Shown here piece by piece: positions 29,414-32,000 of a stretch of DNA of 32,000 nucleotides. The stretch is taken from contig NC_022093.1 of NCBI RefSeq assembly GCF_000446015.1, positions 810,001 to 842,000 on the forward strand, in the 5' to 3' direction. How positions within the stretch are numbered: the stretch's first letter is position 1; the number at the start of each line of letters is the position of its first letter. Source of the DNA: Thermofilum adornatum. Lineage in GTDB: Archaea > Thermoproteota > Thermoprotei > Thermofilales > Thermofilaceae. The notes beneath the pieces were generated by a model, which saw nothing but the letters and a program-made list of their open reading frames with translations, had not been told where the DNA came from and did no database searches. Made by a program: the position numbers and the translations under genes.

Positions 29414-29539
29414 ATCATCCCTTTTTAGACACTCTAAATAAAACGCTCAAGAGGGAAAATCTTCCCAGAACCACCTTATAAGCATAATGAGAAATGTGAA
29501 TGGTGAGCAAAAACGTCGGAAGAAGTTGGAAGAAGCCTT
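29414..29539. promoter_or_regulatory. Divergent promoter region of the two surface-protein transcription units
   Basis: Minus-sense TTTTATTTAG (29436-29445) and plus-sense CTTATAAGCATAA (29475-29487), with inverted repeat GGGAA-N4-TTCCC (29453-29466) between them. Confidence 0.35.
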
Positions 29540-29911
29540 ATGCTGATAATCACACTGAGCGTTGTAGCACTAATTGGTTTCTTCATGTACAGTGTGGCTT
29601 CTTCAGCCACAAACAGACCCGTACTTGTCCAGGCCGGAGACGCACTTATATCTGGAAATCCACCCACCTACACTGTAACAATATACCTCCAGAACATCGG
29701 GACCTCCACTGTTGACTTGACTGGAATAAATCTAAATGTTCCAGACATTGGAGCCAACACATCACTGACCTGTAATCCACCAACATTAAAAAGCGGCGAA
29801 ATAACGAAGTGCACAGCATCACTCAGCACTACGTCCACTATAACCACGGCGAAAACAGCAATCATAGAGACAAAGTATGGCGCATTAAAGATCACACTCC
29901 TAAGGGCTTAA
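29540..29911 (+). CDS. Pilin/FlaF-FlaG-like small protein: N-terminal TM helix plus Ig-like beta domain, 2 Cys
   Basis: MLIITLSVVALIGFFMYSV, then YTVTIYLQNIGTSTVDLTGINLNV (a CARDB/archaeal pilin-like beta-sandwish pattern; resemblance only). No in-frame upstream start is available. Confidence 0.5.
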   Translation: MLIITLSVVALIGFFMYSVASSATNRPVLVQAGDALISGNPPTYTVTIYLQNIGTSTVDLTGINLNVPDIGANTSLTCNPPTLKSGEITKCTASLSTTSTITTAKTAIIETKYGALKITLLRA

Positions 29912-29934
29912 GAACAAAACAAGGGTAGATTTTT

Positions 29935-31041
29935 TTGCTTGACGACCTGGAACTTTTACTACTCCTTGTTTTTTCTGAAGCACAGCCCTCCTTTATATTC
30001 TCGTGGCTATCAAACAATGGCTACACCTATAAAGCTACGAGCAGACTGATAGAGTTGGCAAAGCAGGACGAGATGAATGGCTCGAGAGAAGCCCTCAAAA
30101 CACTTCTCTACGAGAAAATCCAGCAACTCCGGCTGAACCTAGAAATTTTCAGCAAGAAATCTGAGACGCTAACGGAGATTTTCACACTTACCCTTTTAAC
30201 GGCACCCATAATGCTCTACTCTTTGGGGATATTTCAGCCGTGGCTCCTCCCACAAATTACAATTGTACTCATGGCTCTTAACATGTTGATCCTCGTGCTT
30301 TATAGTAATTTATACCCAAGAGAACTCCGCGTCATGAAGTTGCCGAGAAAAATGTTACCAATTATACTCTACCCAGCACTCGTAACGCCATTAACAAAAA
30401 TTCTTTTTCTAGACATACCGCTCGAAAAACTCTTGCTAATCTTTCTGGCAACTTCTTTCCCTGCAAGCATACTAATATATCGGGAAACGAGACAAATAAC
30501 AAAGGAACTCCAAGAAAACCTAGAAATCCTCGTAAAGGCCTCATCAAGCCCCTTCCACGTCTTCTCTCATTTAGACCTCAGTCTACTCAAGAAGGACACG
30601 AAGACTGAGCTTTCAAAAACTGTCAGAATAGCTGTATACCTTCTTGGACTCTGGGGCTCGGAAAGGACGGGTCTAGCAGAACTCAAAAACATCTACGAAG
30701 AAATACTCAAAACACTAAAAGCAATACGTGCCCGTGGAACAATTAGCGCACTAAGCAACCTGGTCTCTCTTTTCCTCCTCGGCTTCAGCTCAAGCCTAAT
30801 AACACAGCTACTCTCAACGCTTGCCTCAAGAGACATGCTGGCATCACTAGGAATAATAATAGACCCTGCCCAACTATACACCTGGATAGAGCTCTACCTC
30901 ATATATGCCTCTATCGTATATACACTTGGCCTAGCCCTACTATCCCTAGGCTCACCATCCTTCTACCCCCTCTGGTTGCCGCTAAGCATACTCACGACAC
31001 TTGCAGGTCTCATCTCCGGGAAAAAGCTTCTCGGGTGGTAA
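29935..31041 (+). CDS. Polytopic membrane protein (7-8 TM) with two helical cytoplasmic segments; possibly a TadC/FlaJ (T2SS-F)-like platform protein
   Basis: TTG start. The pattern [helical soluble segment plus TM cluster] occurs twice (about res 30-180 and 183-365). No motif-level confirmation is possible by eye. Confidence 0.4.
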   Translation: MLDDLELLLLLVFSEAQPSFIFSWLSNNGYTYKATSRLIELAKQDEMNGSREALKTLLYEKIQQLRLNLEIFSKKSETLTEIFTLTLLTAPIMLYSLGIFQPWLLPQITIVLMALNMLILVLYSNLYPRELRVMKLPRKMLPIILYPALVTPLTKILFLDIPLEKLLLIFLATSFPASILIYRETRQITKELQENLEILVKASSSPFHVFSHLDLSLLKKDTKTELSKTVRIAVYLLGLWGSERTGLAELKNIYEEILKTLKAIRARGTISALSNLVSLFLLGFSSSLITQLLSTLASRDMLASLGIIIDPAQLYTWIELYLIYASIVYTLGLALLSLGSPSFYPLWLPLSILTTLAGLISGKKLLGW

Positions 31042-31044
31042 CCA

Positions 31045-31185
31045 GTGGATAAAACACTATACGGCTTCATAGTTATCCTAGCTCTACTTGTCCTACTATT
31101 ACTATTCATTGAGACAACTGTCACCCGTGAAGCACCAACCATCTACATTAATTCTACCTGTCACCTCGTAATCGCTAAAGGATAG
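31045..31185 (+). CDS. Unannotated 46-aa micro-ORF with prepilin-like N-terminus (below the ORF-track cutoff)
   Basis: GTG at 31045, 3 nt after the upstream TAA and 6 nt after GGGTGG (31033-31038). Translation is VDKTLYG|FIVILALLVLLLLFIETTVTREAPTIYINSTCHLVIAKG, with TAG at 31183-31185. Confidence 0.45.
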   Translation: MDKTLYGFIVILALLVLLLLFIETTVTREAPTIYINSTCHLVIAKG

Positions 31186-31268
31186 CTAGCTATAAAATGG
31201 GTATATCTTTTACAAAATAAACCGAGAAAGAAATATATATCCACGATTTTTTCTACACTGCGGGAAGA

Positions 31269-31496
31269 ATGGTAAAGGGCTACATCTTAGTCACAACCAA
31301 GCCCGGAAAAGAATACGATGTTGCCGAGCAAGTCAAGAAGTTTCCATTCGTGAACGACGTTGACGTCACATATGGCCTATGGGACATAGTTATACGTGTC
31401 CAGCCACCTACACTCTCCGAGCTAGACAAAGTCATATCAATGATAAGGAGTCTAAAAGAAGTAGAGCAGACAGTTACCCTTGTCTCACACGAGTAG
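31269..31496 (+). CDS. Stand-alone Lrp/AsnC-type ligand-binding (RAM) domain protein
   Basis: 75 aa; MVKGYILVTTKPGKEYDVAEQVKKFPFVNDVDVTYGLWDIVIRV is a typical RAM-domain beta-alpha-beta-beta-alpha-beta pattern without an HTH. An AATATATAT box lies about 30 nt upstream. Confidence 0.6.
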   Translation: MVKGYILVTTKPGKEYDVAEQVKKFPFVNDVDVTYGLWDIVIRVQPPTLSELDKVISMIRSLKEVEQTVTLVSHE

Positions 31497-31501
31497 CCTA
31501 A

Positions 31502-32000
31502 CTAGATTATCCACTCCTTGTTCGCTATTTTCTCGGGTATATAGACGTTGCTGAGGAACTTGAAGCCGTGGCCCGAAAGAGCCTCTATCTCTATCTTTTC
31601 GCCGCGCTCTATGAAGAGCTGAAGCTCCTCCATCCAGCGTTTTGACTCCTTGAACCACGGGTAGTTCATCAGCTCCTTTGCACGCTTTATGTCGCGCTCA
31701 GTCGCCTTGATAATATAGTTCTTCGGTATCTTGTAGCGCTCAATGTCAGACGTAGAGACGCCTAGAAACCTAGCCTCAGGCGTAGCAAGCCTCTCACTCT
31801 CGTAGCTCAAAGAGATAGACCCGCTCCTATAAACGCTGTAAATATAGTACCCATAGCTGTCAGCGTCCGTCAATATATACACCGGCAAGTCAAACTCCTC
31901 CCAAAGTCGACGAACCATTCTCCTAGTGCTGCGGTCAGGCTGGCCCTTACCCGTCACCAGTATACATTTGTTCTTCTTCCAGAATTCTTCCTCGTTCAAT
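31502..32000 (-). CDS. top6A: DNA topoisomerase VI subunit A (Spo11-like), C-terminal Toprim part; 5' end outside window
   Basis: TGKGQPDRSTRR, ILTDADSYGYYIYSVY (Toprim DxD), LGV..SD and ELMNYPWF motifs. The ORF stays open to the window edge. Confidence 0.85.
   Translation of the reverse strand, partial: LNEEEFWKKNKCILVTGKGQPDRSTRRMVRRLWEEFDLPVYILTDADSYGYYIYSVYRSGSISLSYESERLATPEARFLGVSTSDIERYKIPKNYIIKATERDIKRAKELMNYPWFKESKRWMEELQLFIERGEKIEIEALSGHGFKFLSNVYIPEKIANKEWII

Overview
Gene-dense chromosomal segment from a (hyper)thermophilic crenarchaeon (Thermoproteota). The lineage call rests on a group II chaperonin, TFB, Topo VI, archaeal Pth2, a tRNA with two introns, TATA-box/leaderless first genes and GGTG-type Shine-Dalgarno motifs before internal operon genes. 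Thermofilum- or Desulfurococcales-like is only a guess. Nt 1-24150 is ordinary housekeeping: PGI/PMI (5'-partial), tRNA-Leu(UAG), a two-intron tRNA-Pro(UGG), thermosome, a UPF0200/UPF0201 pair, a DUF373-Trm11-RNase Z operon and a COG2403 P-loop protein. It continues with a PIN protein, TFB, diphthine synthase, a RibL-like FAD synthase, EndoV overlapping a translin-like gene, MetAP, a PF04008 protein, a Pth2-TruD-TmcA block, a DHODH-like Fe-S protein, CDC48 and a DRG-like GTPase. The accessory-looking part, and my candidate for the undescribed system, is nt 24150-31185. It holds a leaderless, tightly coupled 7-gene minus-strand operon: six small N-terminally anchored, even-cysteine proteins, four of them with prepilin-like N-termini in two sequence classes. 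These surround a 987-aa Sec-secreted protein with about 30 N-glycosylation sequons and no membrane anchor. Divergent from it is a plus-strand unit with a pilin-like protein, a 7-8 TM protein and an unannotated 46-aa pilin-like micro-ORF. No assembly ATPase or prepilin peptidase lies in the window. The layout resembles a minor-pilin plus tip-adhesin module (bacterial fimU-pilVWXY1E logic). This is inference from sequence features only, because no database search was possible. Smaller leads are a promoter-hairpin-oligoT ncRNA candidate in a roughly 780-bp region with no credible gene upstream of the thermosome gene, and a C/D-box sRNA candidate between the CDC48 and DHODH-like genes. The window ends with a stand-alone RAM-domain protein and a 5'-truncated Topo VI subunit A gene. 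I saw no CRISPR array, transposase, integrase or recognisable defence genes.
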